This document shows positions 21,677-31,429 of a DNA stretch of 64,000 nt, piece after piece. Below the pieces are notes generated by a model. That model saw only the letters and a list, made by a program, of their open reading frames with translations. It searched no databases and was not told where the DNA came from. Within the stretch, counting starts at the first letter, position 1, and each line of letters begins with the position of its first letter. The position numbers and the translations under genes were made by a program. Source of the stretch: Pseudomonadota bacterium (GTDB taxonomy: Bacteria; Bdellovibrionota; Bdellovibrionia; Bdellovibrionales; Bdellovibrionaceae). Location: contig JBEGVH010000031.1 in the NCBI GenBank assembly GCA_041178425.1, positions 135,206-199,205 of the forward strand, in the 5' to 3' direction.

Positions 21677-21692
21677 TGCGAAACATGTGCCA
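21677..21692 (-). promoter_or_regulatory. Sigma54 promoter
   Basis: Minus strand TGGCACATGTTTCGCA = GG-N10-GC. Confidence 0.65.
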
Positions 21693-21834
21693 TCATGAGA
21701 CGGGATTTATCAGCCACTCCTCCGCCCGCTTTAGTCATTTTGTTAGTCAGGTGTATAACTGTGAGACATTGAGAGAGTATGGAGAAGAATATTATGACAA
21801 GAGCCCGCGCTCAAAGTCGTTTGGGGAGAGAAGA

Positions 21835-21881
21835 TAAAATAAAAAATTCGAGAGGGTTGCTGCCCAGTGACTCTCGAATTT
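21835..21881 (-). terminator. Rho-independent terminator for 21911-22621
   Basis: aaattcgagag...ctctcgaattt stem, followed by a T-tract on the minus strand. Confidence 0.7.
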
Positions 21882-21910
21882 AGAATTCCAGTATTTTAAA
21901 TGATCCGCTT

Positions 21911-22621
21911 TTAAAGAGAACTTGCTTGAATTTTCAGAACTTCGGCATCCAGAAGTCCTTTGTTGCGAGACAGCTTTACCTTCCAGTCAAGGGCAGTACC
22001 AGGAACGAAGCCGGTGGCGCCTTGAGACTCGGTACCAATTTTATATTCGGTTGAAAGGGCTCCAACAACTCTTACATTCACATTAATTGAGTTGCCGCTC
22101 ATGAGTTTCGCTCTCTGGCTTTCTGTGAGTATCTGATCGATAGGCAGATCAAGGCGCACAAAATTGAGGAGACCATCGGATTCGACTCTACCCGAAATTC
22201 CTTTTTTAATATCGGTGGAGTCTTTTTGCTTACCGGTCATGGCGCTAAACCTGTATTGTTGTCCTTTTACCTTTATTGTAGTTAGCGTTCCGTCTATTTG
22301 TTCAAGCTCATATTGGTAGGGAGACTTAGGGTCAACGACCGTAAAACCGTTGTCACCATCTGCCATTGTATGACAACGATAGTAAACAACCTTCATTTGT
22401 AGGGAAAGTTGTGTGGCTGTCGAATTGACAAGTGCTTTCGGGCCTATTGTTTCAAAATAGAGGGTCGGGGTGGCGCTTTGTTTAAACGAGGAGCAATCAA
22501 CGAGTCTACCGCTCATAATCTCGTTGAACTTTTGCTCATCGGCCTCAGTTTTGGGAATTGCAGCCTGGCTAATGCCTGAGATTAGTGTGAGGGCCATTAT
22601 TGTTTTAGAGAACTTATTCAT
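21911..22621 (-). CDS. Hypothetical secreted protein
   Basis: Signal peptide MNKFSKTIMALTLISGISQA; two Cys; beta-rich. Confidence 0.7.
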   Translation of the reverse strand: MNKFSKTIMALTLISGISQAAIPKTEADEQKFNEIMSGRLVDCSSFKQSATPTLYFETIGPKALVNSTATQLSLQMKVVYYRCHTMADGDNGFTVVDPKSPYQYELEQIDGTLTTIKVKGQQYRFSAMTGKQKDSTDIKKGISGRVESDGLLNFVRLDLPIDQILTESQRAKLMSGNSINVNVRVVGALSTEYKIGTESQGATGFVPGTALDWKVKLSRNKGLLDAEVLKIQASSL

Positions 22622-22665
22622 AAAAACCTCGTACCAAACAGTTAGACGTATTCATGTTCCTACAG

Positions 22666-22681
22666 TGCAAGGGGCGTTCCC
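22666..22681 (-). promoter_or_regulatory. Sigma54-like promoter
   Basis: Minus strand GGGAACGCCCCTTGCA = GG-N10-GC with TTGCA, 45 nt above the ATG. Confidence 0.55.
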
Positions 22682-22783
22682 GGTGTCGGACATTCCGGAC
22701 GTCATTAGCGCCTTTTTACGGAGCTAAGGTGTCAAAGTGATTTGCAGAGAGACTCTTTAGGGCCTTTCGAATTGGAGTCTGAA

Positions 22784-23473
22784 ATGCAAAAATGGAGATT
22801 TAAAAAACTGGCAAATTGGATGCTCTGTTGTTTTCAACATTGTTTCGTATGCAGTCGTCCGACTTTTAAGTCGAGTCACCTTTGTTTAGCTTGTTGGTCA
22901 GAGTTGTCCGAAGCGTTTTTGGGGACCGAAAGGCACGGAGGCGGCCCGCCTGCTGGTGAGGTTCCATTTCCGGTTCTAATCTTGGGATCTTACCAAAATT
23001 CCCTGTTGTCTGGGTTGGTTAGGGCTCTTAAGGGGGGCGATTCTCGAGAGGACTTTGACCTTATCGCTAGTTTTTGGGTTCGCCGCAGGGCCATCATTAA
23101 TTTACCACCACTCAAACCACCGGTTTTGTTGGTGCCATGCCCTACTCAGGGTAGAGACAAGAGAGATCATGCAAGCGCTCTAGCGTTGGCCCTATCAGAG
23201 AGAACTCAATGGGCTGTCGAAAATTGTCTACAATTCAAGAAACCTCAGGAGGCCCTACAAAAATCAAAGCGGCGAGAGGAGCGAAGTGAGCGCCGTTTTT
23301 TGGCTCCCGAAAAACTGGATCTTACCTCCTTTGGATCGGTGATCTTTATTGATGACGTTCTTACGACAGGCAGCACAGCGAGGGCGGCTTGGAGAGCCCT
23401 GGGCTTTCCCCAGAACTTTGAAGTTTGGTGTATTGCCTATCAACCAAGACTTGCGGTCAAACGACGACTTTGA
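22784..23473 (+). CDS. comF: ComF/GntX family (zinc ribbon plus PRTase)
   Basis: CFVC...CLAC, VPCP and IFIDDVLTTGST. Start uncertain (22742, 22784 or 22820). Confidence 0.75.
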   Translation: MQKWRFKKLANWMLCCFQHCFVCSRPTFKSSHLCLACWSELSEAFLGTERHGGGPPAGEVPFPVLILGSYQNSLLSGLVRALKGGDSREDFDLIASFWVRRRAIINLPPLKPPVLLVPCPTQGRDKRDHASALALALSERTQWAVENCLQFKKPQEALQKSKRREERSERRFLAPEKLDLTSFGSVIFIDDVLTTGSTARAAWRALGFPQNFEVWCIAYQPRLAVKRRL

Positions 23474-23507
23474 TATAGTGCGTAAACTCAAAAGCGGGAG
23501 GTTCCTC

Positions 23508-24179
23508 ATGGCAGTTAAACATTTGAAGTTGGGGTTGGCTGCTTTGTTATTTCTTTTTACGGCGCCAACGGCCTTTGGAGCTAAAAAGTCGTCTATGCCA
23601 ATAGACTTGAGTGCAACACTTAAGTTCTACCAAGAGTCTAAGGGACTGGTTTTAGAAGTTAATAAGTCCGTAAAAAATACAATGCTTGATAAGGAAACCA
23701 ACTATCCCGGTTTGATTCAGCTCGCGGATGGAAAGTTTCATTGGGAAACAACAAGTCCCGATAAAAACCTTCTGGTGTTTGATGGATCATTTCTATGGAA
23801 CATTCAGTACCCTCCAGAGGACTTCAAGTCGGCTCCACTTCAGGTAGCAAAGATGAGTCTTAAAAGTAAAAACTCCCCACTTATAATTTTAGAGATCTTT
23901 GGGAGCAAGCCACTGAGCCAATTCTTTGGTGTGACCACTAAGCTTCAAGACGGCGATATTATTAAATATGCTCTAAAAGAAAAAAAGATGGACCTGGGTC
24001 TTAAGAACATCATTTTAACGATAAACAAAAAAGATCACCGAGTGGTGTCTTTGTCCTATGTTGATGAATTGGAAAATGAAACCATCCTGTCCATCAAAGA
24101 AACTCAATTAGATGCAAAATTAAAAACTGATTTATTTAGCTATAAACCGCCTAAAGGAGCTCAGGTCACTGAGTACTAG
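23508..24179 (+). CDS. lolA: Outer-membrane lipoprotein carrier LolA family
   Basis: GKFHWE...P..NLLVFDGSFLW and LFSYKPPKGA.V motifs; signal peptide. ATG at 23508 follows GGGAGG. Confidence 0.8.
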   Translation: MAVKHLKLGLAALLFLFTAPTAFGAKKSSMPIDLSATLKFYQESKGLVLEVNKSVKNTMLDKETNYPGLIQLADGKFHWETTSPDKNLLVFDGSFLWNIQYPPEDFKSAPLQVAKMSLKSKNSPLIILEIFGSKPLSQFFGVTTKLQDGDIIKYALKEKKMDLGLKNIILTINKKDHRVVSLSYVDELENETILSIKETQLDAKLKTDLFSYKPPKGAQVTEY

Positions 24180-24195
24180 TCGCGGAAAGGAAAAT

Positions 24196-25566
24196 ATGAA
24201 CATTCAAGAGAACAAAAAAAAGGTACACTTTATTAGTCTTGGTTGCCCCAAGAATCTTGTGGATAGCGAAATTATGGCGGGTACGCTAATGAAAGATGGC
24301 TACGAAATAGTGGCTGAAGCGGATGAGGCCGATACGGTCATCGTCAATACCTGCGGATTTATCGAAGACTCTAAAAAAGAATCAATTCAAAAGATTCTCG
24401 AAGTCTCTGACCTCAAAACTGCCGGACAAGTAAAGCGAGTCGTCGTTGCTGGATGTCTCACGCAAAGATACAAGGATGAGCTTGTTGAGGGACTTCCCGA
24501 GGCGGATTTATTTGTGGGCTCTGGAGAGTTTCAAAATATTGGTAAAATTTTGAAAGAGCATAGCCAGGGAAGAGAGCAAAAAACATTTTTTAATTTACCT
24601 ACTTATCTTCAAGAAGAAAGTACTCCCCGAGTCAATTCACAGCCAGGACATCGTGCCTACATTAAGATTTCTGAAGGCTGCTTGAAGCGTTGTTCTTTCT
24701 GCGCGATTCCAATGATTCGAGGAAATCTACAGAGTCGTTCTTTAAGCCATATTGTTAGTGAAGCAAAACTTCTCGCAGCAGGCGGGGTAAAAGAGCTGAT
24801 TATTATTTCTCATGACTTTACTGATTATGGTTGGGATCTTCGCAAAAAGAATTCAGAAGCTGTGGAAAACCCAGTGAATTTGTTGAAAGCGCTATCGGAA
24901 GTCGAGGGTATTGAGTGGGTAAGAGTACTTTATCTTTATCCTGACGGAGTAACTCCCGAAATGGTCGAACTTATCAAAAACAATAAAAAGCTGGTAAAGT
25001 ATTTTGATATGCCCTTGCAGCACATTAATAATGAAGTGCTCAAAAGAATGAACCGCAAGATGACCAGGGGGGAAGTTGAAACAGCCGTTAAAATGATTCG
25101 TCAAGAGATCCCTGAGGCAGTTATTCGAACTCAATTTATTGTGGGATTCCCTGGCGAAACAGAAGAGGCCTTCGAAGAATTGCTAGATTTTGTTGATGAA
25201 CAACAGTTCGATCGTGTGGGATGTTTCCAGTATTCGCCGGAGGACAACACTCCTGGTGGACGAATGGTGGATCAAATTGATGAAGAGACTAAACAGCGCC
25301 GCTTTGATGCATTGATGAGTTTACAACAAGAAATTAGCAGAGAACGACAACAAGAAATGGTTGGGCGTGTGGTTGATGTGCTTATCGAGGGTGTCAGCGA
25401 AGAAACCGATCTTCTCTTGCAGGGGCGAACGTCTCAGCAGGCTCCTGAAATTGATGGCATTGTATTGATTAACGAGGGCGAAGCCGAGGCTGGCAGCATC
25501 GTGAAAGTCGAAATCACCGAGGCCATGGAATACGACCTGATTGGTCGAATCGTAGCCACCCAATAA
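24196..25566 (+). CDS. rimO: Ribosomal protein S12 methylthiotransferase
   Basis: SLGCPKNLVDSE, NTCGFI, CxxxCxxC (CLKRCSFC), APEIDG TRAM domain. Confidence 0.96.
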   Translation: MNIQENKKKVHFISLGCPKNLVDSEIMAGTLMKDGYEIVAEADEADTVIVNTCGFIEDSKKESIQKILEVSDLKTAGQVKRVVVAGCLTQRYKDELVEGLPEADLFVGSGEFQNIGKILKEHSQGREQKTFFNLPTYLQEESTPRVNSQPGHRAYIKISEGCLKRCSFCAIPMIRGNLQSRSLSHIVSEAKLLAAGGVKELIIISHDFTDYGWDLRKKNSEAVENPVNLLKALSEVEGIEWVRVLYLYPDGVTPEMVELIKNNKKLVKYFDMPLQHINNEVLKRMNRKMTRGEVETAVKMIRQEIPEAVIRTQFIVGFPGETEEAFEELLDFVDEQQFDRVGCFQYSPEDNTPGGRMVDQIDEETKQRRFDALMSLQQEISRERQQEMVGRVVDVLIEGVSEETDLLLQGRTSQQAPEIDGIVLINEGEAEAGSIVKVEITEAMEYDLIGRIVATQ

Positions 25567-25572
25567 TAAAAT

Positions 25573-25594
25573 GGCGGGGCCCTTTGGCCCCGTC
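25573..25594. terminator. Hairpin terminator between convergent rimO and hpt
   Basis: ggcggggcc-cttt-ggccccgtc, with a U-rich tail on the minus strand. Confidence 0.65.
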
Positions 25595-25596
25595 GA

Positions 25597-26115
25597 TTAA
25601 TTTTTGAACGAGTAAATATCCGGATAGTTACGACCTTGTTCGGAACTATCCATGCCATAGCCGATGACGTAGCGGTCATCGATGGTTTTTCCAACGTAGT
25701 CCGGCCTTAATGGCAACTCCCTGCGGGCAGGTTTATCAAGAAGAGTAACGATCTTCAGCGAAGCAGGGGCAGAGGCCAACAATCGTGTCTTTAGAAAGCT
25801 AAGAGTTCGACCGGTATCGATAATTTCCTCAACCACGATGACGTGTTTTCCTGTAATGTTTTGACCGATGTCTTTAATAATTTTAATGGCCCCGCCCTTT
25901 TCAACCGCGGCTAAGTGAACAAAATCGATTTGCTGAGGCAATTTAATTTCTCGCATAAGATCTGCTACAAAATGAATAGAGCCTCGAAGGGGGCAAATCA
26001 TTGTAATCTCTTTGTTTTGGTAGTCGTGCTCGATTTGACGAGCGAGCTTTTTTACTAGCTCTCTGATTTCTGTAGAATTCATAAAAACAACGAGTTCAGA
26101 CTTATTGAATCCCAT
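25597..26115 (-). CDS. hpt: Hypoxanthine phosphoribosyltransferase-like (atypical)
   Basis: LRGS..F.ADL, VIVVEEIIDTG.TL, LLDKP.RR, YVIGYGMD. Confidence 0.8.
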   Translation of the reverse strand: MGFNKSELVVFMNSTEIRELVKKLARQIEHDYQNKEITMICPLRGSIHFVADLMREIKLPQQIDFVHLAAVEKGGAIKIIKDIGQNITGKHVIVVEEIIDTGRTLSFLKTRLLASAPASLKIVTLLDKPARRELPLRPDYVGKTIDDRYVIGYGMDSSEQGRNYPDIYSFKN

Positions 26116-26125
26116 AATTACTCCA

Positions 26126-26854
26126 TCAAAATAGATCGGTCATAGTTGCAGATTGGGCCATTTTCAAATTTTTTAGTGCTTCGGGGTTTTTTGGGTCCTT
26201 GCCTAGAACCGTTTCCCACTGTTGGATCGCATCGGTCACCTTATTTAAATCATAGAGTAGGGAGGCAAGCCGGTTACGAGCCGCAATCGCATGGGGAAAC
26301 TCTTTAAGAAGTGTCTTCAGCTCTCGAACAGCTTTGTCTTTGTTACCGGATTTCGTTAAGCAATCGACAATGGAAAGGGTCACTTGTTGTTTGCGCTGAG
26401 TGAGCCCCAAGGCTTTTTGATAATGTTCTAGAGCTTCCTCGTAGCGATGACATTGAAAAAGTAAATCAGCGAGCTCTTCAAATTTTGCTGCAATTTTATC
26501 ATTCACTGAAGGATCCGGGCGACGATTTTTTCTCTCGAGAAGGCTCTGGGCCTCTAGGAAGACCTTGCGACCTTCTTCGTAGCGTCCGAGGTCATTTAAA
26601 ATAATCGAAAGTCCTACGCTGGCATCGGTGTAAAAGGGATCAATTTCGAGAGCCTTTTTGAACGTTTTTATTGCTTTGTTGAATTGCCCATTTGAGTAAA
26701 AAATGGTGGCCAACATTTGGAATACTTCGGGAATTTTATCGTTCTTTGGTAAAATCTGTGCGATGAGAGATTGAGTTGCTTTGTAGTCTCCGGCGATAAA
26801 TTTATCGCGGGTCAATTGTAGCAACTCCTGCATCTCTGAAGACAACGTTCCCAT
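26126..26854 (-). CDS. TPR-repeat protein
   Basis: Repeated A...Y..AL..DP patterns. Confidence 0.85.
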   Translation of the reverse strand: MGTLSSEMQELLQLTRDKFIAGDYKATQSLIAQILPKNDKIPEVFQMLATIFYSNGQFNKAIKTFKKALEIDPFYTDASVGLSIILNDLGRYEEGRKVFLEAQSLLERKNRRPDPSVNDKIAAKFEELADLLFQCHRYEEALEHYQKALGLTQRKQQVTLSIVDCLTKSGNKDKAVRELKTLLKEFPHAIAARNRLASLLYDLNKVTDAIQQWETVLGKDPKNPEALKNLKMAQSATMTDLF

Positions 26855-26871
26855 TTAGGCTCCCCACAGAA

Positions 26872-27615
26872 TTAACGAGATAAATAAATTCTTTTTACCT
26901 CGGCGGGCTCTTTAGATCCGGGAAAGTCCCGTTGCAGTTGAGCCCCGTATTTATTGGCTAGAACTTTATCGTCTGCCTGCTCAGCCGCAAACGCGGCGAG
27001 TGCCAAAGCTCTTTCGTCAAACCCAAGCCCTTTGTGATCTTTAACAACACCTTGAATTCGACCGAGAGCACTCTCCCATCGTTTTTTCTTTAAGTAAAAA
27101 TTTGCGATGTAGAGTTCTTTTTCGGCTAGTTTCCTTAAACAGTCTAACCTCTTCTCCTTTGCTTCGGCAACGTGTTCGGAGTCTGGAAATTGATTTATTA
27201 GCTCCTCAAACGTATCAATTCCTGATTGGGCTAAACTCAAATCCCTATCAATCGACTCTGGGATTTGCTTGTATATGCTCATTCCCAGTCGATAAATAAC
27301 AAATGGAGTTTTCGCGTGTTTGGGGTGAAGATCACGAAAAAGTTGGTAAGAAGCCTGCGCCTCCGCAAAGCTTTCATCTTGGTAAGACACATCAGCAGCA
27401 GCTAATTCAGCCTCTGTAGCGAGCTTTGAATAGGGAAATTTGTTTTTAACCTCTTGAAATTTCGCAATGGCCTCTTCAATGCGTCCATCTTTTGCGAGAG
27501 TTTCAGCGCGTTGATAGAGAGACTCCGCCGTTTCTGTATTTTTCTTTTCAGTTGTTGAGCAACCGATAGCTCCTAAAATTATAAACAAAACCAATGATAC
27601 TAAAGGCTTATTCAT
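26872..27615 (-). CDS. bamD: Outer-membrane assembly lipoprotein BamD
   Basis: Lipobox AIGC; FPYS, HPKH, IDRD, FPDS and ELYIANFY motifs. ATG at 27615. Confidence 0.9.
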   Translation of the reverse strand: MNKPLVSLVLFIILGAIGCSTTEKKNTETAESLYQRAETLAKDGRIEEAIAKFQEVKNKFPYSKLATEAELAAADVSYQDESFAEAQASYQLFRDLHPKHAKTPFVIYRLGMSIYKQIPESIDRDLSLAQSGIDTFEELINQFPDSEHVAEAKEKRLDCLRKLAEKELYIANFYLKKKRWESALGRIQGVVKDHKGLGFDERALALAAFAAEQADDKVLANKYGAQLQRDFPGSKEPAEVKRIYLSR

Positions 27616-27764
27616 TTTTAATAACCTTTCTTGTTTCGCAGAGAGAGTTCTGATTAAAGTGCCAAAACCAAGGGTAGGCAACAAAAATTGAGCCCTTTAC
27701 TTTTCTCTTGAAAGTTTCGATTGAGCAAAAAAACTAGGCCAAAGTCAGAGCGTGAACTGTTGCC

Positions 27765-28568
27765 TTACAAAGATGGGCCGGAGCCGTGATTAATAAAAAG
27801 TTCTTGTTTTTGTACCCAGCCGGCGGGTTGCTGGCCATACCGAACCTGGGCCCAATCTTTATAAATACTCTTAACAACCACCAATGCACCTTCGGGAATT
27901 GTGGCCAACTCGGCAGCCTCTGAAAGCGGGCCCGAACGTAGGGATATATATCCCGGCTTAGTTACGGTTGCGTGGGAATCAAACGCCCAAAAAATTTTCA
28001 TCAGTAAAAATAGGCTCGCCATAATCCAGGTCAATCCCAAGAGTCGCAGCCTCAGGCCCAAGGAGGGCGCTTTTTCGTTTCTGAATCTTGCAAGTTGGTG
28101 TTGTCGAAAGGCACGGGCTCCAAAGTAGAGCAGGGCAAAAGTGATCAGCCAGTGGATTAAAAGTAACTCAGGCAGAATTACTTGATGCCCAATCAGTGCC
28201 TCAAAGTCATCGACTAAAGAAGTGTCGTCTTTGGGGCGAGCTAGCTTTGAGTTGGCAGCAATAAACGCTTTTGCCTTTTCGAGGCCAGGTGTTCTAGGAG
28301 CTGTGACTTCAATTTGGCGCAGATAGGCAAGCGCGAACCCCCACTCCTGTAGCTGCGCAGATGTGATAGCTAAATTGAGCAGGACGTTCGAATCGAGCGG
28401 ATCCTCTTTGAGTATTGAGACATACGCCTCTCGGGCTCCTTTGAAGTCGCCTTTTTCATAATAGTGAAGCCCCTGTTCAAAGACGTCAGTTTTAGGGTGG
28501 GGGGCGGCCAGGGTTAGTCCTGTCCAAAGACATGCCATCATTAGCAAAAACCATCTCGTTGTCACCAT
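27765..28568 (-). CDS. BatE-like TPR + TM + SH3 protein
   Basis: Signal peptide, TPR (YEKGDF..A), two TM helices, LRSGP...IPEG..V....DWAQV....GWV SH3b. Confidence 0.75.
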   Translation of the reverse strand: MVTTRWFLLMMACLWTGLTLAAPHPKTDVFEQGLHYYEKGDFKGAREAYVSILKEDPLDSNVLLNLAITSAQLQEWGFALAYLRQIEVTAPRTPGLEKAKAFIAANSKLARPKDDTSLVDDFEALIGHQVILPELLLIHWLITFALLYFGARAFRQHQLARFRNEKAPSLGLRLRLLGLTWIMASLFLLMKIFWAFDSHATVTKPGYISLRSGPLSEAAELATIPEGALVVVKSIYKDWAQVRYGQQPAGWVQKQELFINHGSGPSL

Positions 28569-28694
28569 GGCATTAGGGTACGGGGCAGGCCTAGTTCCGT
28601 CCATGATTTTTTGCCGTGATGGGCCTTGTCGGAACAGCGCCCAAACAAATAGTATAGGGTACAACCCACCAGAATGACTTTATAAAGGAAGTTT

Positions 28695-30077
28695 ATGGAA
28701 AAATCAGTCGGTCAGGAAATTCTCGGCTCAGAAAAAATTAATAAACTCATCAAAGAACTAACCAACGAAGTAGCTCTCGCCAATAGTGCCATTAAAGGAG
28801 TGAAGGAGGCCGAGCCCCAACTCATCCCCTCTGCCGAAGCGAAGCGCGCTCATATCGGAAAGCTGAGGGGTCGCCCTCTTTATCATGCCTACATCGGATC
28901 AGGCGCTGGCTACGGTCCGTACACTGAGCTTGAGGACGGCAGTGTAAAGTTAGACTTGATCAACGGTATCGGAATTCACATTCTGGGACATAGTCATCCC
29001 AAGTTAATCGAGGCCTCTCTTCGAGCCTCTATCGGTGATATTATCATGCAAGGAAACCTCGAGCCCAACGACGAATATGTTAAGTTGACAGAAACGCTCG
29101 TTCGCCTTGCGGGTAAACAAAGCCGATTGAAACATGCTTGGCTTGCTACCTGTGGTACGATGGCGAACGAAAATGCCCTAAAGATAGCTCGACAGAAAAA
29201 CACACCGGCTAAAATGATTGTGGCCTTTAAAGATGCCTTTGCAGGACGCTCAACGATGATGGCTGAAGTTACAGACAATCCAGCCTACAAGGTCGGCTTG
29301 CCATCCTACGATGAAGTCTTGCGACTTCCTTTTTGTGGCGCAAACTCCGATAAAGCCAGTCACGAAGACGTTCTTAGAAAACTAAAAGAGTACTATGCAA
29401 AACACGAAAAAAACATAGCGTGTATGATTTTTGAACCAATGCAGGGTGAAGGTGGCTTTCGCTACGGAACCCGTGAATTTTTAGTGCCTCTGCTTGAGTT
29501 TTGTCGCGAAAAACATATCGCTGTTTGGGCCGATGAAGTTCAAACCTTTATGAGAACTGGTGAGCTATTTGCTTTTGAAACATTGGGAATCGGTGAATAC
29601 ATCGATATCTGCACAGTCGCAAAAACTATTCAAACGGGTGCTACTCTCTACACAGAAGAGTACAATCCACAACCAGGCTTGATTGCAGGCACCTTCTCAG
29701 GCGCCACTGTGTCTCTTGCTGTTGGAAACGAAATCTTGCGAATTCTGACTGAAGAAGGATATCTCGGACCTCAGGGTAAAATCCAAGCTCTTCATCGCAA
29801 GTTCGTGGGTATGTTAAGTGAGCTAGCTGATGGTTCTTGCAAGGGATTATTGAGTGATCCGGGCGGCTTGGGGCTCATGGTGGCTTTCACACCTTACGAT
29901 GGGACAAAACAAAAAACTGAAGACCTTATCAAGAGACTTTTCAAAAATAATTTGATCGCATTTAGTTGCGGAAAAGATCCTTACCGCATTCGGTTTTTGC
30001 TACCCGCAGTGATGGAAGACAAAGACATCGCAGTAGCAAAATCCATCATTGAGAAGTCGATCCTTGAGGGAAAATAG
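28695..30077 (+). CDS. astC: Class III PLP aminotransferase (succinylornithine/acetylornithine type)
   Basis: LGHSHP, FEPMQGEGG, DEVQT, TVAK; in operon with astA and astD. Confidence 0.75.
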   Translation: MEKSVGQEILGSEKINKLIKELTNEVALANSAIKGVKEAEPQLIPSAEAKRAHIGKLRGRPLYHAYIGSGAGYGPYTELEDGSVKLDLINGIGIHILGHSHPKLIEASLRASIGDIIMQGNLEPNDEYVKLTETLVRLAGKQSRLKHAWLATCGTMANENALKIARQKNTPAKMIVAFKDAFAGRSTMMAEVTDNPAYKVGLPSYDEVLRLPFCGANSDKASHEDVLRKLKEYYAKHEKNIACMIFEPMQGEGGFRYGTREFLVPLLEFCREKHIAVWADEVQTFMRTGELFAFETLGIGEYIDICTVAKTIQTGATLYTEEYNPQPGLIAGTFSGATVSLAVGNEILRILTEEGYLGPQGKIQALHRKFVGMLSELADGSCKGLLSDPGGLGLMVAFTPYDGTKQKTEDLIKRLFKNNLIAFSCGKDPYRIRFLLPAVMEDKDIAVAKSIIEKSILEGK

Positions 30078-30085
30078 GAGTTGAA

Positions 30086-31429
30086 GTGTCTTTCGTCGAA
30101 TTATGCCGAAAGTTCATTGCTATAGATACATCACCACAGGCGGGCACTCTCGAGGCCGGTCTGTGGCTTTCTCAGCAAGCGAAACAATATGGTCTCGAGG
30201 TAGACCTCCAAGAAGAGAGCTTTAACGGTCAATTGCAGTCGAATGTCTTTGTGCGAACGCAACAGCCTCAAAAAGAAGAGTTTATTCTGCAGAGCCACTT
30301 TGATACAGGCAATCCTGGTTCTCATTCCCTTTGGACAGAAACGCTCCTCAATCCTTTTCATGCGACCATCAAAGAAGGAAAGCTTTACGGTCTTGGCGCG
30401 GCAGAGGCCAAGATTGATCTCCTCTGTAAACTCGAAGCGCTGAGAAGCTTCTCAGGACGAACCGATTGGAAGGTGGCCCCTGTTGTTGTTGGAACCTCTG
30501 GAGAAGAGCTTGGCATGCAAGGAATGTTGCGGGCTCTGAGAAGAAATAAATTTTCTGCTAAGTACGCTCTCGTTGGTGAGCCTTCGGAACATAAGTTGAT
30601 TTACGCCGGCAAAGGCTATGCGACCCTGGAGTTTTACATCCCTTTTTCAGAAGAGGAACGTCACTACCGCATTGATCATGATTTAAAAGAAAGTGTTAGC
30701 ACTCAATCGAAGATGTTTCGTGGCAAGGCAACTCATTCGTCCGAAGCTCACAGCGCCGACAATGCTATTAATAAAGCCTTCGACTACCTCCTTCAAATTC
30801 CAGAGAGTGTTGTTTTGATGGAGATTGAGGGTGGCACCAACCACAACATTGTGCCTCACAATTGTTTATTAGAGCTCGATCTCTATGGTGGTGTTAAAGA
30901 TCCCATGGTAAAAAAATTGCGAGCGGTCTACATGCTTCTTCAGCAAATGGGATCAGACTTTCTTATAACGAAAGATCCCGACTTTTCTCCGGGCTACCCA
31001 ACAATGAACCTAGGTCTAGTCAAGGCCCATGAAGATCACGTTCACTTAACTGTGAGCGTTCGAATTCCACCGGTGGTGAAGGAGGGGCAATATGAAGCCT
31101 GGCTCCTGAAGCTACAAGAGGGAGCCATCCTGGTCGGAGGTCAGTGTCGAGTCGGGGACTACAAGCGACCCTATCGTACAGATTTGAATTCCGATTTTGT
31201 CAAAACCTGTTCAGAAGCGCTATCCTTAACAGGTATGCCAGAAACATTCATTGCCCAACCGACTTGTACTGAAATGAGCCTACTTTCTCGAAGAGGGATT
31301 GTGTGTTTAGGCTTTGGCGCGGGCTCGAGAAAAAATCTTTCCTCTATTGCCGAAGCCAATGTTTCGATTGAAGAGTTGAATAAGAGTATACGGTTCTACC
31401 GCAACGTCATCGAAGGGATTTGTTTATGA
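30086..31429 (+). CDS. M20/ArgE-DapE family metallopeptidase-like deacylase
   Basis: SHFDT, YGLGAAEAK, GEELG, VGEPS, GKATHSS. Confidence 0.75.
   Translation: MSFVELCRKFIAIDTSPQAGTLEAGLWLSQQAKQYGLEVDLQEESFNGQLQSNVFVRTQQPQKEEFILQSHFDTGNPGSHSLWTETLLNPFHATIKEGKLYGLGAAEAKIDLLCKLEALRSFSGRTDWKVAPVVVGTSGEELGMQGMLRALRRNKFSAKYALVGEPSEHKLIYAGKGYATLEFYIPFSEEERHYRIDHDLKESVSTQSKMFRGKATHSSEAHSADNAINKAFDYLLQIPESVVLMEIEGGTNHNIVPHNCLLELDLYGGVKDPMVKKLRAVYMLLQQMGSDFLITKDPDFSPGYPTMNLGLVKAHEDHVHLTVSVRIPPVVKEGQYEAWLLKLQEGAILVGGQCRVGDYKRPYRTDLNSDFVKTCSEALSLTGMPETFIAQPTCTEMSLLSRRGIVCLGFGAGSRKNLSSIAEANVSIEELNKSIRFYRNVIEGICL

Noticed and set aside
27646..27666. Sigma54 box upstream of bamD (TGGCAC on the minus strand)
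   Set aside because: No GC at the -12 position.
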